Source: a virus | Taxonomy: Duplodnaviria; Caudoviricetes | DNA length: 64,000 bases | Direction: 5' to 3' (one strand) | Virus record (IMG/VR): IMGVR_UViG_3300029288_000084 | Location: 1-64,000 of that record | Shown: piece by piece, positions 39,178-48,324 of the stretch | How positions within the stretch are numbered: position 1 is the stretch's first letter | Layout of the letters: each line of letters begins with the position of its first letter | The notes under the pieces: model-generated | The model's database searches: none | The model's input: the letters and a program-made list of their open reading frames with translations, nothing else | Told to the model about the DNA's origin: nothing | Translations under genes and position numbers: made by a program

Positions 39178-40068
39178 TCAGTAATTTATGTAGCGATACA
39201 AATATATTGTTTCGTGTGGCCAATGCTTTTTGTAATTTTTTAATTGCTTATTCAAAACAAAACCATAGTTGAAATACTTTATTCCTCTTTTTCTCAATTC
39301 ATCAAAAAACATCAATCGCGAACCTTCAGAATAATTACTTGGAAATTCCCAAAATAAGTTGAAACTACTCATAGCAAAAGCACAATCGCCCCAGATGTAA
39401 TCACATTCAACACTGAAGGGTTGTTCATTTACTATACCAAGTTTGATATGTGCAGGGAAAAAATTATTGTAAAACAAAATATATTCTTCAATCAAATTCC
39501 AATACTTAGCACCACCAAATGTCATTCTAAAAGTATTTTCATCTGCCAATTTAGTTTCAACCCAACGAGTATGAATATCTTTTGCAATTTGTGTATTATC
39601 TGATGTTAATTCCTCTGATCGAAAATAATTTTTTTTCATAAGATTAACTGGGTAATTTAATTTTCGTGCTCTATCTTTTGCATTTTCATAGTTACTTGGA
39701 TTAAAAATACCGTCAATGTTGTAAATAAACTCTTCTACTTTTGATTTTTTAAATCCAGGAATATTGCCTAAATCTTGAATAGAAAGTAATTCTGATTTAC
39801 TTTTGACTAGAGAAAAGTCAAATTGCTTATTTGGATCGTAGTAAATCAATCGATTTTTCTTTGAATCAAGTATACATATCAGACCATCTAGGATTACAAC
39901 CTTGTTTGTACAAAGTAGCTTTCTAAAATTGTAATATCCAAATAAAACGGGAAATGCCATTCCATGAACATGAAATACTGGATAAGTATTTTTTAATTGA
40001 TCAAAACTTATTTTATTTTGATGCTGATTTAGAAACTTTTGCATTATTAAATTTTCTCCAATATTCAA
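39178..40068 (-). CDS. DUF2156/LPG_synthase_C-like (tRNA-dependent aminoacyl-transferase, GNAT fold) protein
   Basis: EEFIY..., EELTSDN..AKDIHTRW.ETK, GIVNEQP, GIKYFNYG...LKNYKKHWP parallel the DUF2156 motifs DYVY, EPLT.EN..W, IRVDG, GYKYIN...GLRKAKLSY.P (by eye). Confidence 0.6.
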   Translation of the reverse strand: MNIGENLIMQKFLNQHQNKISFDQLKNTYPVFHVHGMAFPVLFGYYNFRKLLCTNKVVILDGLICILDSKKNRLIYYDPNKQFDFSLVKSKSELLSIQDLGNIPGFKKSKVEEFIYNIDGIFNPSNYENAKDRARKLNYPVNLMKKNYFRSEELTSDNTQIAKDIHTRWVETKLADENTFRMTFGGAKYWNLIEEYILFYNNFFPAHIKLGIVNEQPFSVECDYIWGDCAFAMSSFNLFWEFPSNYSEGSRLMFFDELRKRGIKYFNYGFVLNKQLKNYKKHWPHETIYLYRYINY

Positions 40069-40747
40069 CAGCTATATTCCACTCTGCATCGGTTAGTAAA
40101 GGATCCTTTACATTATTCAAATAAAATGCTTCGGTACGTTCAGTACAAGTTCCGCATTTTAAACATGGCCTTGTTTTTCCATTGTAACAAGAATATGTTG
40201 TTGCATAAGGAACATCAATTTTTAAACCATATTTGACAATATCTTCTTTTCTCATCTGTTCAAATGGTGCAATAAACTTGATTTTTTTATATGTACCTAA
40301 TTTGATAGCCTTACTCATTGCTACATTAAATTCTTTACGGCAATCAGGATAAATAGATACATCTCCCAAGTGGCTTCCTAAAATAATATCCCCAATTCCT
40401 CTTGATTCAGCATATCCAGCAGCTATTGCAAGTAAAATACCATTTCTAAAAGGCACAACTGTTGATTTCATAGATTCATCTGAATACATTCCTTCAGGAA
40501 TTTGTTCGCCACTATTGCTAAGCAAAGATGAATTAAAGTTTGCGAAAATTTTCCTAACATCAAAAATATTATGATTAGTACATGTTTGTTTGGTTACATA
40601 TTTAGCCCCTTTTATTTCAGCACTATTGTGTTTAGAACCATAGTTGAAACTAACAGCAGCAACATAGCTATATTTTTTAATACTCCAATATAAAGCTGTT
40701 GTTGAATCTAAACCACCAGATAGTAAAACTAAAGCTGTACTTTTCAT
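40013..40747 (-). CDS. queC: 7-cyano-7-deazaguanine synthase QueC
   Basis: LLSGGLDST, FNYGSKH, VPFRNGI, YPDCR, TYSCY..PC..C.TC..R. Confidence 0.96.
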   Translation of the reverse strand: MKSTALVLLSGGLDSTTALYWSIKKYSYVAAVSFNYGSKHNSAEIKGAKYVTKQTCTNHNIFDVRKIFANFNSSLLSNSGEQIPEGMYSDESMKSTVVPFRNGILLAIAAGYAESRGIGDIILGSHLGDVSIYPDCRKEFNVAMSKAIKLGTYKKIKFIAPFEQMRKEDIVKYGLKIDVPYATTYSCYNGKTRPCLKCGTCTERTEAFYLNNVKDPLLTDAEWNIAVEYWRKFNNAKVSKSASK

Positions 40748-40759
40748 ATTTACCTCACT

Positions 40760-41932
40760 TTATCTTTTTAAATTTGAAAATTCAACTAATTTAAAAAATT
40801 CCTGTTTTGCTGAATCATCTGTTTCAAAAACACCATAAACAGAACTAGTTGTAACTTTGGCATCTGGATCATTTACTCCTCGCATAGCCATACACATATG
40901 CCTCCCTTCTACTATAGCAATAGCACCCTTTGCTTTAATTTTTTGAAATATATTTACTAAATCTTGAGTAAAAGACTCTTGTAATATTGGTTGTTTAGCT
41001 AATAATTTTGCAACTCTTGTTAATTTTGAAATACCTAAATATTTTTCACCTGGAATATATCCCAATTTTATCCAATATTCAACAGGTAATAAATGATGTG
41101 GACACATAGAAAAACAATGAATATTAGATGTAATAATACCTTCATAATGTGATGGGAACCCTGTTGATAGTATACTATCAATTTCTTCTTTTGAATTTAT
41201 CCCTTCAAAAATTTCATAGTAAGCCCTAGCAACTCTTTTAGGTGTATCTTTGAAATTTTCATCATTTACATTTAACCCAAATTCATCTTTTAATCCTTCT
41301 AAAATCAATATAGCTGCTTTTTCTATTTTAGAAATACCAGACCATTTACCTCTTTTATTTTCGTTGTGTATTTTGCTATGACAACTCTTACAAAGTACCA
41401 TAAGATTTTCTATTTTGTGATTTCCTCCCAACCTGGTATCATAATTTTTAAAATCAATATGATGTACCGTTAAGTTTTTAATTGAACCACAACGTTGACA
41501 CTCTTTTCCATAATACTCAAGTGCTCTTTCTTTGTAAGTTTTCATTTCAATATCACTACTGTGTTGTTTAAATTTTGCATTTTTATTGTTTTCTCTTTCT
41601 TGATCAGTAACAACATGGTTTTTTCTACTTTGTCTACGAATATCTCTTTGATTACTATCTTTCATTTGATTTACTGTACTATTTTTTCTAGATTCTTTTA
41701 ATTCTTTAGCTTTTTCTTCACCAAATCGTTGTTCGTAAGTAACCCCCTTTGAAAATTTAACTCTTTTTTCAATTGACAATTTACTTGTAAGTTCAGCATT
41801 AGGAAATTGATTTAAATATTCATCAATGCTTATTTGATGTTCATTCCACAAATGTGTATTAGTAATAATGTGAAATTTTTTGTGACATATATTACATTCA
41901 ACATAAGAACTGTCTACTATTTCTTCTGGCAT
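40760..41932 (-). CDS. folE: GTP cyclohydrolase I FolE with in-frame N-terminal C2H2 + HNH endonuclease fusion
   Basis: aa ~201-390: DTPKRVARAY, SMCPHHLLP, GISKL.R, LQE, HMCMAMRGV; aa 145-190: CQRCG..VHHID..NH..ENL..LC..CH. Confidence 0.9.
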   Translation of the reverse strand: MPEEIVDSSYVECNICHKKFHIITNTHLWNEHQISIDEYLNQFPNAELTSKLSIEKRVKFSKGVTYEQRFGEEKAKELKESRKNSTVNQMKDSNQRDIRRQSRKNHVVTDQERENNKNAKFKQHSSDIEMKTYKERALEYYGKECQRCGSIKNLTVHHIDFKNYDTRLGGNHKIENLMVLCKSCHSKIHNENKRGKWSGISKIEKAAILILEGLKDEFGLNVNDENFKDTPKRVARAYYEIFEGINSKEEIDSILSTGFPSHYEGIITSNIHCFSMCPHHLLPVEYWIKLGYIPGEKYLGISKLTRVAKLLAKQPILQESFTQDLVNIFQKIKAKGAIAIVEGRHMCMAMRGVNDPDAKVTTSSVYGVFETDDSAKQEFFKLVEFSNLKR

Positions 41933-41952
41933 TTGAACTCCTTGTTTTCTTA

Positions 41953-41983
41953 ATTATAATATAAATTTAACAATTATTTAGTA
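41953..41983 (-). promoter_or_regulatory. TACTAAAT-N17-TATAAT promoter (class II) upstream of folE-queC-queF-dpdA
   Basis: exact motif. Confidence 0.8.
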
Positions 41984-42141
41984 TTTTTCTTTGCTATTTT
42001 TTCAGCTAATACATGTCCAATTGGGTAGTGGTGATGTTCCCAATTTGTTCCATTCCATTTCTAACGTTCGCTTGAAATATCACAAATTTCCTTACAAACA
42101 GAACATCTGTAATTTTTTGCATCGTGTATAAATTTTATCAA
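41974..42141 (-). pseudogene. short ORF with an in-frame TAG
   Basis: ...YRCSVCKEICDISSER*KWNGTNWEHHHYPIGHVLAEK; TAG at 42061-42063. Confidence 0.4.
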
Positions 42142-42142
42142 A

Positions 42143-42496
42143 TTAGTCTTTTTTGTTTTTTGCATATAAAATTGCTTCTAACAAGATCAAATAATTAATT
42201 GTATCACCAATCTTTTCATCAATCAATTCTCTAGGATATATTTTATCTGGATTTTTCACCATCTTACGAACTGAAACATATTGTTTAAGCATATATCCCC
42301 ACAAAACATTTTCTGGTGTTGAATCATCCAGTTTTGCACCAGTTCGAAAATTCAAAAGAAAATCATCATCGACAGCATACTCTTTATGCTTACCTGCTAA
42401 AACTTTTCTGATTAATTCAATTCTTCGGTCTAGAACTTCTACTTTAAATTCATCAGTTGTCAATTTTTTCATTTCTATTTTTTCGACTGGGTTCAT
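42143..42496 (-). CDS. all-alpha MazG-like / nucleotide-modification-associated protein (DUF1599-like)
   Basis: K.KEYA..D.L.NF, WGY..K, IDEKIGD.INYLILL. Confidence 0.6.
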   Translation of the reverse strand: MNPVEKIEMKKLTTDEFKVEVLDRRIELIRKVLAGKHKEYAVDDDFLLNFRTGAKLDDSTPENVLWGYMLKQYVSVRKMVKNPDKIYPRELIDEKIGDTINYLILLEAILYAKNKKD

Positions 42497-42498
42497 GT

Positions 42499-42741
42499 TT
42501 AATCCATTTTTGCAATTGCAATACCATTCGGACTGCCTACAACTAAAAATTTATTATTTGTCTTCACATCTTTAACAATAGTATAGTTTCTAAGTGAATC
42601 ACTCATTCTGTAAATTATTGTGAGTTGTTCTGGATTAGCAGCAATAGCATCTTTTGTTGTAATGGTTGTTATGACAAGAAGTACTATAAACATTAAAATC
42701 GCAAAACATACAAAAGTACCTGCAACAGTTATTTTTTTCAT
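42499..42741 (-). CDS. small exported / membrane-anchored protein
   Basis: signal-like N-terminus. Confidence 0.5.
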   Translation of the reverse strand: MKKITVAGTFVCFAILMFIVLLVITTITTKDAIAANPEQLTIIYRMSDSLRNYTIVKDVKTNNKFLVVGSPNGIAIAKMD

Positions 42742-43142
42742 TTTACTTCTCCATTTACTTTATTTTTTGTCCAATCTCTTTGTTTTACTTTTAACCAAGT
42801 TTTATCAATTGCATCTTGTAAATTATAACCATTTCTCCAACAATAATCTGCTAAGTAAATTACAATATCAGCAATTGCATCTTCTGCTTTTTCTCTATGG
42901 TTTTGATCTGTTCTAATTCCTTGTTCAAGTTTTAAATGTGAATGACAGAGTTCTCCAATTTCTTCTGTTGCACCTAACAGTGGCTGATAAGGTTTTGCAT
43001 TAGGAAAATTTCTTGTACTCCATTTTTGAACTTCTTCTTGCAATTGTTGTAGATCAATATTACTGAATCTAGAGGAAGGTGGGTTACCTTTTGGCATTTT
43101 TCTAGTATTACAAATCTTACCAGAAGAATCGTTTGTTGACAT
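42738..43142 (-). CDS. MazG-like nucleotide pyrophosphohydrolase
   Basis: EEIGEL...EDAIADIVIYL EXXE/EXXD motifs. Confidence 0.8.
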   Translation of the reverse strand: MSTNDSSGKICNTRKMPKGNPPSSRFSNIDLQQLQEEVQKWSTRNFPNAKPYQPLLGATEEIGELCHSHLKLEQGIRTDQNHREKAEDAIADIVIYLADYCWRNGYNLQDAIDKTWLKVKQRDWTKNKVNGEVK

Positions 43143-43895
43143 TTAAACCCCCATTTTACTTCCATAAACTAAAACATGAAGACGCGGACTAATAGTAAAA
43201 GGAAATTGGATTGCCCTAGAATTCATTGATAAAATATGAATTCCATTTTTAATAGTTTGTTCATCTGTTCCCATTGGCATGAGATAAATTGGATATAATG
43301 AATTAAACCATCTATCATAATTTTTTTCTCTAAATATTTTAACCTTATTCACAAAATCTTCAATTTCATGAATATCATGACCAAGATTAAAATATGTGCA
43401 ATCAACAACAAATTTCAAACATATATCCAAACCCTTCATTAAACTAGTCGCAACATTAGCAACTAAATTATTGATGTATTCTTCTGTTTGAATATTTCCT
43501 GAATTCAGTAACTTGGGAGATACATTAAATAAAGTGTTTTTAAAATCGGGCAAAACTATAGTTCCATTTGTTTCAATTTCAATTTTCATCTTATACAAAT
43601 AATTATGTTCAAATTCTTCAAGAAAATCTTTTTGTAAAAGAGGTTCTCCACCTGTAAAAACAACATGATCAACACCAAATTCTAAAATCTCTTTGGTGAG
43701 CTCATCATAAGTCATTTTTTTAATATCTACATTTCTGTATGCGGCTTCTTCCATTTTTGTTGAATATTTGGAATCGCAGAAAGTACAATTATTATTGCAA
43801 CCGTAAAATCTTACAAAAACTGCTGGTTTACCAATATTAAGCCCCTCACCTTGAAAACTCTTAAAAACCTCTGTAACTGCTAATACTTCATTCAT
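43143..43895 (-). CDS. queE: 7-carboxy-7-deazaguanine synthase QueE (radical SAM)
   Basis: EVFKSFQGEG, FVRFYGCNNNCTFCDS, VFTGGEPLLQ, IETNGT, VSPK, PRLH. Confidence 0.95.
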   Translation of the reverse strand: MNEVLAVTEVFKSFQGEGLNIGKPAVFVRFYGCNNNCTFCDSKYSTKMEEAAYRNVDIKKMTYDELTKEILEFGVDHVVFTGGEPLLQKDFLEEFEHNYLYKMKIEIETNGTIVLPDFKNTLFNVSPKLLNSGNIQTEEYINNLVANVATSLMKGLDICLKFVVDCTYFNLGHDIHEIEDFVNKVKIFREKNYDRWFNSLYPIYLMPMGTDEQTIKNGIHILSMNSRAIQFPFTISPRLHVLVYGSKMGV

Positions 43896-43896
43896 T

Positions 43897-44394
43897 TTAT
43901 TCCTCCACGATTACTGTATTGTTATTAGTTTCAGAAAATTCTAATCTAACGATTTTGAGATTTTGATTTATAAGCGGAAGAATTGTATTTTTTATGAAAT
44001 TAAACATAAACATTGCAATCACTTCAGAAGAAATATTTTTTTGTTTTAACACAACCAATCTAGGATTTCCATATATCATGTAATCATTATCTTTCATCTG
44101 AATTTCTACCAATTCGGGATCTACAAACTTATCAATTTCAGTATCTTCTAAACTAATGATCATAGCGTGATCAAAACAATCAATAAAATCTTTGATTGGT
44201 TTTAGTTCAGTAAAATCAATAACCATATTCAAATCATCAACTAAAGTATATTTTCTACGAATATAAACTTTTACAATACCAGAATGCCCATGAAAGCTTC
44301 TACACCGAGCTTCGGGATTGTATTTGGTAATTTTTTGATTTTCAATATGATGCGCATATTCCATCTGATATGACTTGCAAATAGTTACTTGCAT
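43897..44394 (-). CDS. queD: 6-carboxytetrahydropterin synthase QueD
   Basis: EYAH, C.SFHGHS, MVIDF, FDH, SSE.IA, ET.N. Confidence 0.9.
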   Translation of the reverse strand: MQVTICKSYQMEYAHHIENQKITKYNPEARCRSFHGHSGIVKVYIRRKYTLVDDLNMVIDFTELKPIKDFIDCFDHAMIISLEDTEIDKFVDPELVEIQMKDNDYMIYGNPRLVVLKQKNISSEVIAMFMFNFIKNTILPLINQNLKIVRLEFSETNNNTVIVEE

Positions 44395-44410
44395 GATTAA
44401 CCTCCTTTAA

Positions 44411-44441
44411 ATTATATAATAAAACAAACAAAAATTTAGTA
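44411..44441 (-). promoter_or_regulatory. TACTAAAT-N17-TATAAT promoter (class II) upstream of queD
   Basis: exact motif, then AGGAGG. Confidence 0.8.
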
Positions 44442-44442
44442 A

Positions 44443-45120
44443 TTAAAGCGGTTTTATTTGTGCATTTTGATTTGACATCTTAACAAGTTTCAACTGAGTT
44501 GACTCTCCGCCAAGAGTGTCTAATGCATAAGTACCTGCTAAATGTTTTCTTGCACCTGCATTGTATTTTCTCAAGGCTTCTATCATATTTCCATTTTCTT
44601 CCTGTTCATATATATGCAACACCTCAACACCAAGATAAGTTCCATAATCAATTTCCTGCATTCTTGAAATATCAATTTTCAATTCTTCATGCCATACTGG
44701 GTACATCACTTGCATTATACCTACAGCCCCAGCAGGCGAAATAGCAAATGGATTGTGACGAGTTTCAACATACTGAACATTCATAATAAGAGCAGGAGTG
44801 ATCTTTGGATATTTTTGACCATACTTCCATGCTGCATCAAGACATTCAGAAAGAGTTGGATTTTTCTTTGCATAATATTCTTCTTTAAATAGAAGGCGTT
44901 TTACTTCAGCATTTGCTTTTTCCAACTCTACATTTCTTGTTTGCAACATGACATTGCGACTTGTAAGTTGCATTTCATGCCGAACAGCTTTTTCATTCTT
45001 TTCAATTAAAGATATGAAAGCTGAACTCATGCAAATCAAAATACCTACAAGTAGAAAAGTTAAAAGCTTTTGACCACTTGCCCATTTCGGGTAAAATTTT
45101 TCAAATGAACTGTTTTCCAT
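44443..45120 (-). CDS. membrane-anchored lytic transglycosylase (SLT domain)
   Basis: VET.HNP.AISPAGAVGIMQVM, AL.KYNAG; N-terminal TM plus coiled coil. Confidence 0.85.
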   Translation of the reverse strand: MENSSFEKFYPKWASGQKLLTFLLVGILICMSSAFISLIEKNEKAVRHEMQLTSRNVMLQTRNVELEKANAEVKRLLFKEEYYAKKNPTLSECLDAAWKYGQKYPKITPALIMNVQYVETRHNPFAISPAGAVGIMQVMYPVWHEELKIDISRMQEIDYGTYLGVEVLHIYEQEENGNMIEALRKYNAGARKHLAGTYALDTLGGESTQLKLVKMSNQNAQIKPL

Positions 45121-45121
45121 T

Positions 45122-45328
45122 TTATTCCTCCTTTTTAATATGACAAACTTTTTTTAATTGAATCTTTTTACTCATTACAACAATTTTTTGATCGGGAAAA
45201 TATTTACATAATTGTTTATTAATAGAATTTGATGTTATAGGTGAACTTGTATCTACATTAAAAAACATTATATCACCCGGTTCTAGTTTAACCTTTTTTA
45301 CATTTACAATCTTGATATTCAACTTCAT
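45122..45328 (-). CDS. hypothetical protein
   Basis: GGAGG RBS. Confidence 0.55.
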   Translation of the reverse strand: MKLNIKIVNVKKVKLEPGDIMFFNVDTSSPITSNSINKQLCKYFPDQKIVVMSKKIQLKKVCHIKKEE

Positions 45329-45346
45329 TGTAATTCCTCCATTTTA

Positions 45347-45377
45347 ATTATATAGTAAAAACGAAAAAAATTTAGTA
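45347..45377 (-). promoter_or_regulatory. TACTAAAT-N17-TATAAT promoter (class II)
   Basis: exact motif. Confidence 0.8.
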
Positions 45378-45384
45378 TAAGGTT

Positions 45385-46131
45385 TTAGAAAACGAACGGT
45401 TTAGTGTGTAATCCTACACCATCTACACCATTTCTCACAAATTCAATTTCTTGATCTGTGAGATAATTTATATCATTGACCCTAATTTTCGTTTCCAACC
45501 AAAAAATATAAAGTATCCAAAGTGCATCTACAATGTCTGCTAACGGCGATACATATTTTTTCATGTGAAAATAATCACATAAGTCTATATTGAATTTCCA
45601 ACAAAAAATTTCATGCATAGCATTTTTTTTAAGTGTGTCTATCCTAACTGTACCATCTTTTTTCAATTTTCCTTCAGAACATTTTACAGCCAATTCTTCA
45701 TTTTGTTCTTTTGCAAAACGTTTAATTAAGGTAGGAGAATATAATTTTAATGGAATTTTATTTTTAAACAATCTCTCTTTCATCAAAGCACAATTTTCAC
45801 CAATTGTAAATGTTCTACCATGACTACTAAATGAATAATCTTCCATTGCACAATAAATTTTATTATAATTAAAAGATTTAATAAAATTTATTGATTCATC
45901 TGCAATAAATATAAATTTATCCATATCACATTTAAATTCTTTAAAACTTATATATGTTAAATTTTTACCTAAATTATTATTTTTTTTATTAGGTTGTGTA
46001 ATTATTAATGTTTTTATATCATCTATTAAAAAATTTTTCAAACTATTATATTCTAAACATATTATTGAAGGACAAGAATATGAATAATCTATTCCAACTA
46101 ACAATGTATTATCATAAATTAAATTACTCAT
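45385..46131 (-). CDS. RuvC-like Holliday junction resolvase
   Basis: GIDYS..P, MEDYSFSS.GR.F.IGEN, P..IK.FA, D.VDA. Confidence 0.75.
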   Translation of the reverse strand: MSNLIYDNTLLVGIDYSYSCPSIICLEYNSLKNFLIDDIKTLIITQPNKKNNNLGKNLTYISFKEFKCDMDKFIFIADESINFIKSFNYNKIYCAMEDYSFSSHGRTFTIGENCALMKERLFKNKIPLKLYSPTLIKRFAKEQNEELAVKCSEGKLKKDGTVRIDTLKKNAMHEIFCWKFNIDLCDYFHMKKYVSPLADIVDALWILYIFWLETKIRVNDINYLTDQEIEFVRNGVDGVGLHTKPFVF

Positions 46132-46951
46132 TTTTCAATTTTATATTTTTACAATTTAAACATAATTTTTGATTACCAGATGTTCCAATAAATTCTGTTT
46201 TACATTTTTTACAAATTAATTTAAAATTTCTTATTACTCCTATATAATTTCTTCTTTTTTGTGCATCACTTTTTCTTTTCTTTGTAATATAGGAATCTTT
46301 TCTTCCAGTAAGTGTATTTTTTATTTTATTTCGATGTTTTATACCATCTAATGTTTTATAATATTTTTTATTTCGTTCACTTTTTCTTTTTCGTTCTTCT
46401 GGATTTGACCAACGAACATTAGCAGATTTTTTTTGTTTTTGTTTTGTTATTTCGGAAGTTATTTTTCCTTTTCTAGTTCCACCATGTATTTTATAATAAT
46501 TTTTTAATGTATTGCTTATTTTATAACCTACATTTTTAATTCTTTTACTTTGTTCTTTTTTCCAATCCTCTGTACGTTTTTGCCCGTAGGTTGTTCCATT
46601 ATTACTATTTCCACCAATAGTTAAATTTATTCCAATTTTAGGATTTTGAGAATCATATAATTTTATAAAATGCTTTTCCCATTCACCTAATTGTTTATGT
46701 TTTTCCGGCCCGGTTTGAATATCATTATCAAACATTACATAAATAACTTCTGTTTCTATATTCTCTTTACTATATTTATTTGTTATATATGTAATTAATC
46801 TTCCACTTCCAGTATATCTTGATTCATAAAATTTTTCTACTGATTTACATATTGATTTACCAATATAAATTTTACTATGAAATGAAGATTCGGGCGCCAA
46901 TACTGTTGATTTATAAATTACACCAAATATTTTATTTTCTTCTTTAATCAT
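46124..46951 (-). mobile_element. GIY-YIG homing endonuclease, paralog B
   Basis: N-domain near-identical to 20682-21476 and 55957-56838; NUMOD3 repeats plus C-terminal zinc finger. Confidence 0.88.
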
Positions 46952-46960
46952 ACTACTATT

Positions 46961-46968
46961 TATTTATA
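46961..46968 (-). promoter_or_regulatory. T4-type late promoter TATAAATA
   Basis: exact consensus just upstream of the endonuclease start. Confidence 0.55.
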
Positions 46969-47683
46969 ATTTCGTCTTTTCGTAATAGATTTGTCCTGTT
47001 GGATCTATTGCAGATTTAAAATCAACAAATAGAGGATATAAAGGAATTTCAAGATAAGATAATAAATTACACATAACCCTTCTAATTTCCCAATGTGCTA
47101 CTCTAGATGTCCGCATTTCAAAAATATGTCTCCATTCTCTAAAATTAGCTGAAATAACAATTTGAGATTTTAAACCAATAGGCAAAATTTGTCGAGCATC
47201 TTCTGGTTTCCATCCAGCTTTCCTCAAACCCCTATAAAATCGTTCTATTTCTTCAAACATCATATGCAAACTTATAGAAGTGCCATCATCTAGTGGTATT
47301 GGTTCCCATTCGTTTCTATGTGGTGGCACAACACATTTCAGTTGAAATTTATCTAAATCTACAAAATCATCACCTTCTTTTGCATAATCAACATAGCGAG
47401 TTGATTCTTGAGAAATAGCAGTTAATCTATGACGAACTTGTTCATGAGTAAACCCTCGAGAACAATTGTTGAATCTAACAGTCATATATCCATGCTCAAG
47501 AACACTTTCATGTCCTCTTTTAATAATCATCAAAATAAATTTTCTAGCTGTTTCTAAATCAATCTTGTCTGTTTCTGATTGATAACATGTTCTGCCAGCC
47601 TTTTCTATTTTGATCATTTGTAGATATAAATCTTCTGGAGAATCTAAAATCTCAAATGATCCTTCGTTTTTTAAGATTTGCAT
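46964..47683 (-). CDS. thyX: flavin-dependent thymidylate synthase ThyX
   Basis: GRTCY, GHESVLEH, RHR..SQESTRY, EDAR..LP, N.REWRH..R....AHWEIR. Confidence 0.95.
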   Translation of the reverse strand: MQILKNEGSFEILDSPEDLYLQMIKIEKAGRTCYQSETDKIDLETARKFILMIIKRGHESVLEHGYMTVRFNNCSRGFTHEQVRHRLTAISQESTRYVDYAKEGDDFVDLDKFQLKCVVPPHRNEWEPIPLDDGTSISLHMMFEEIERFYRGLRKAGWKPEDARQILPIGLKSQIVISANFREWRHIFEMRTSRVAHWEIRRVMCNLLSYLEIPLYPLFVDFKSAIDPTGQIYYEKTKL

Positions 47684-47700
47684 TTTAATATACTCTCTTT

Positions 47701-48324
47701 TTACTCGATTCCATATGTATCCTCTTCAATGTCTTTTTCTATGACAATAAATCTCTCATCCAATAGATTGAACAAAATTGGTTGCACTTCTTTCCAATTC
47801 AAATTACCACTACCACAACCAACTCTAGGCACTACTACTTTTTCAATTCCGAGTCTCTTCTCTAGTTGATTCAAGGCCTTTACAAGCTGGAATGTTGATA
47901 ATTCAATTCTCTTAAAATCTGCTACATTATCCCAGTAATTGTATTTTGTTGGAAATGTAAAAACAAAATTATATTCTTTCTTTTTTTCTACTTCATTTAC
48001 CTTATCTGTTGGAAAACTAAAAACAAAAACCCCATTATGACCCTTCATTTTTTTTATAGATCGACCAATCAACATTGGAAGATTTGGAAAAAGTTCTTTT
48101 GCATCTAATGCCAAACCTGAATCCATAACATTGTAGCCAAACTTATCTCGACTACCATTTGTTGGGATAACAACAGCTGCTTCATTACTGTAAAAGTATT
48201 CCCAAATATTGCCTTTTGTTTCTAGGAAATGGGTTTTAGGTGTAATTGTTTCTTTTGTATTTTCTTCCATTTTGCCCTCTTTTATTTTCCACAATATTGA
48301 ATCAAATACTGACTTAAAGTACAT
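47701..48324 (-). CDS. macro-domain (ADP-ribose-binding/hydrolase-like) protein
   Basis: GNIW, VIPTN, VM.SGLA, FPTK..., VPRVGCG.GNLNW.EV; start likely 48270. Confidence 0.75.
   Translation of the reverse strand: MYFKSVFDSILWKIKEGKMEENTKETITPKTHFLETKGNIWEYFYSNEAAVVIPTNGSRDKFGYNVMDSGLALDAKELFPNLPMLIGRSIKKMKGHNGVFVFSFPTDKVNEVEKKKEYNFVFTFPTKYNYWDNVADFKRIELSTFQLVKALNQLEKRLGIEKVVVPRVGCGSGNLNWKEVQPILFNLLDERFIVIEKDIEEDTYGIE

Noticed and set aside
40760-41932. Intein in folE (KIHN)
   Set aside because: HN is followed by Glu, not Cys/Ser/Thr. There is no N-extein and no block A/B/F; the HN belongs to the HNH motif.
35816-44394. Host-derived queuosine tRNA pathway
   Set aside because: No queA or queG/queH in the window. 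The TGT-fold protein is divergent from bacterial Tgt and adjoins gp43. DNA is the more likely target, though tRNA is not formally excluded.
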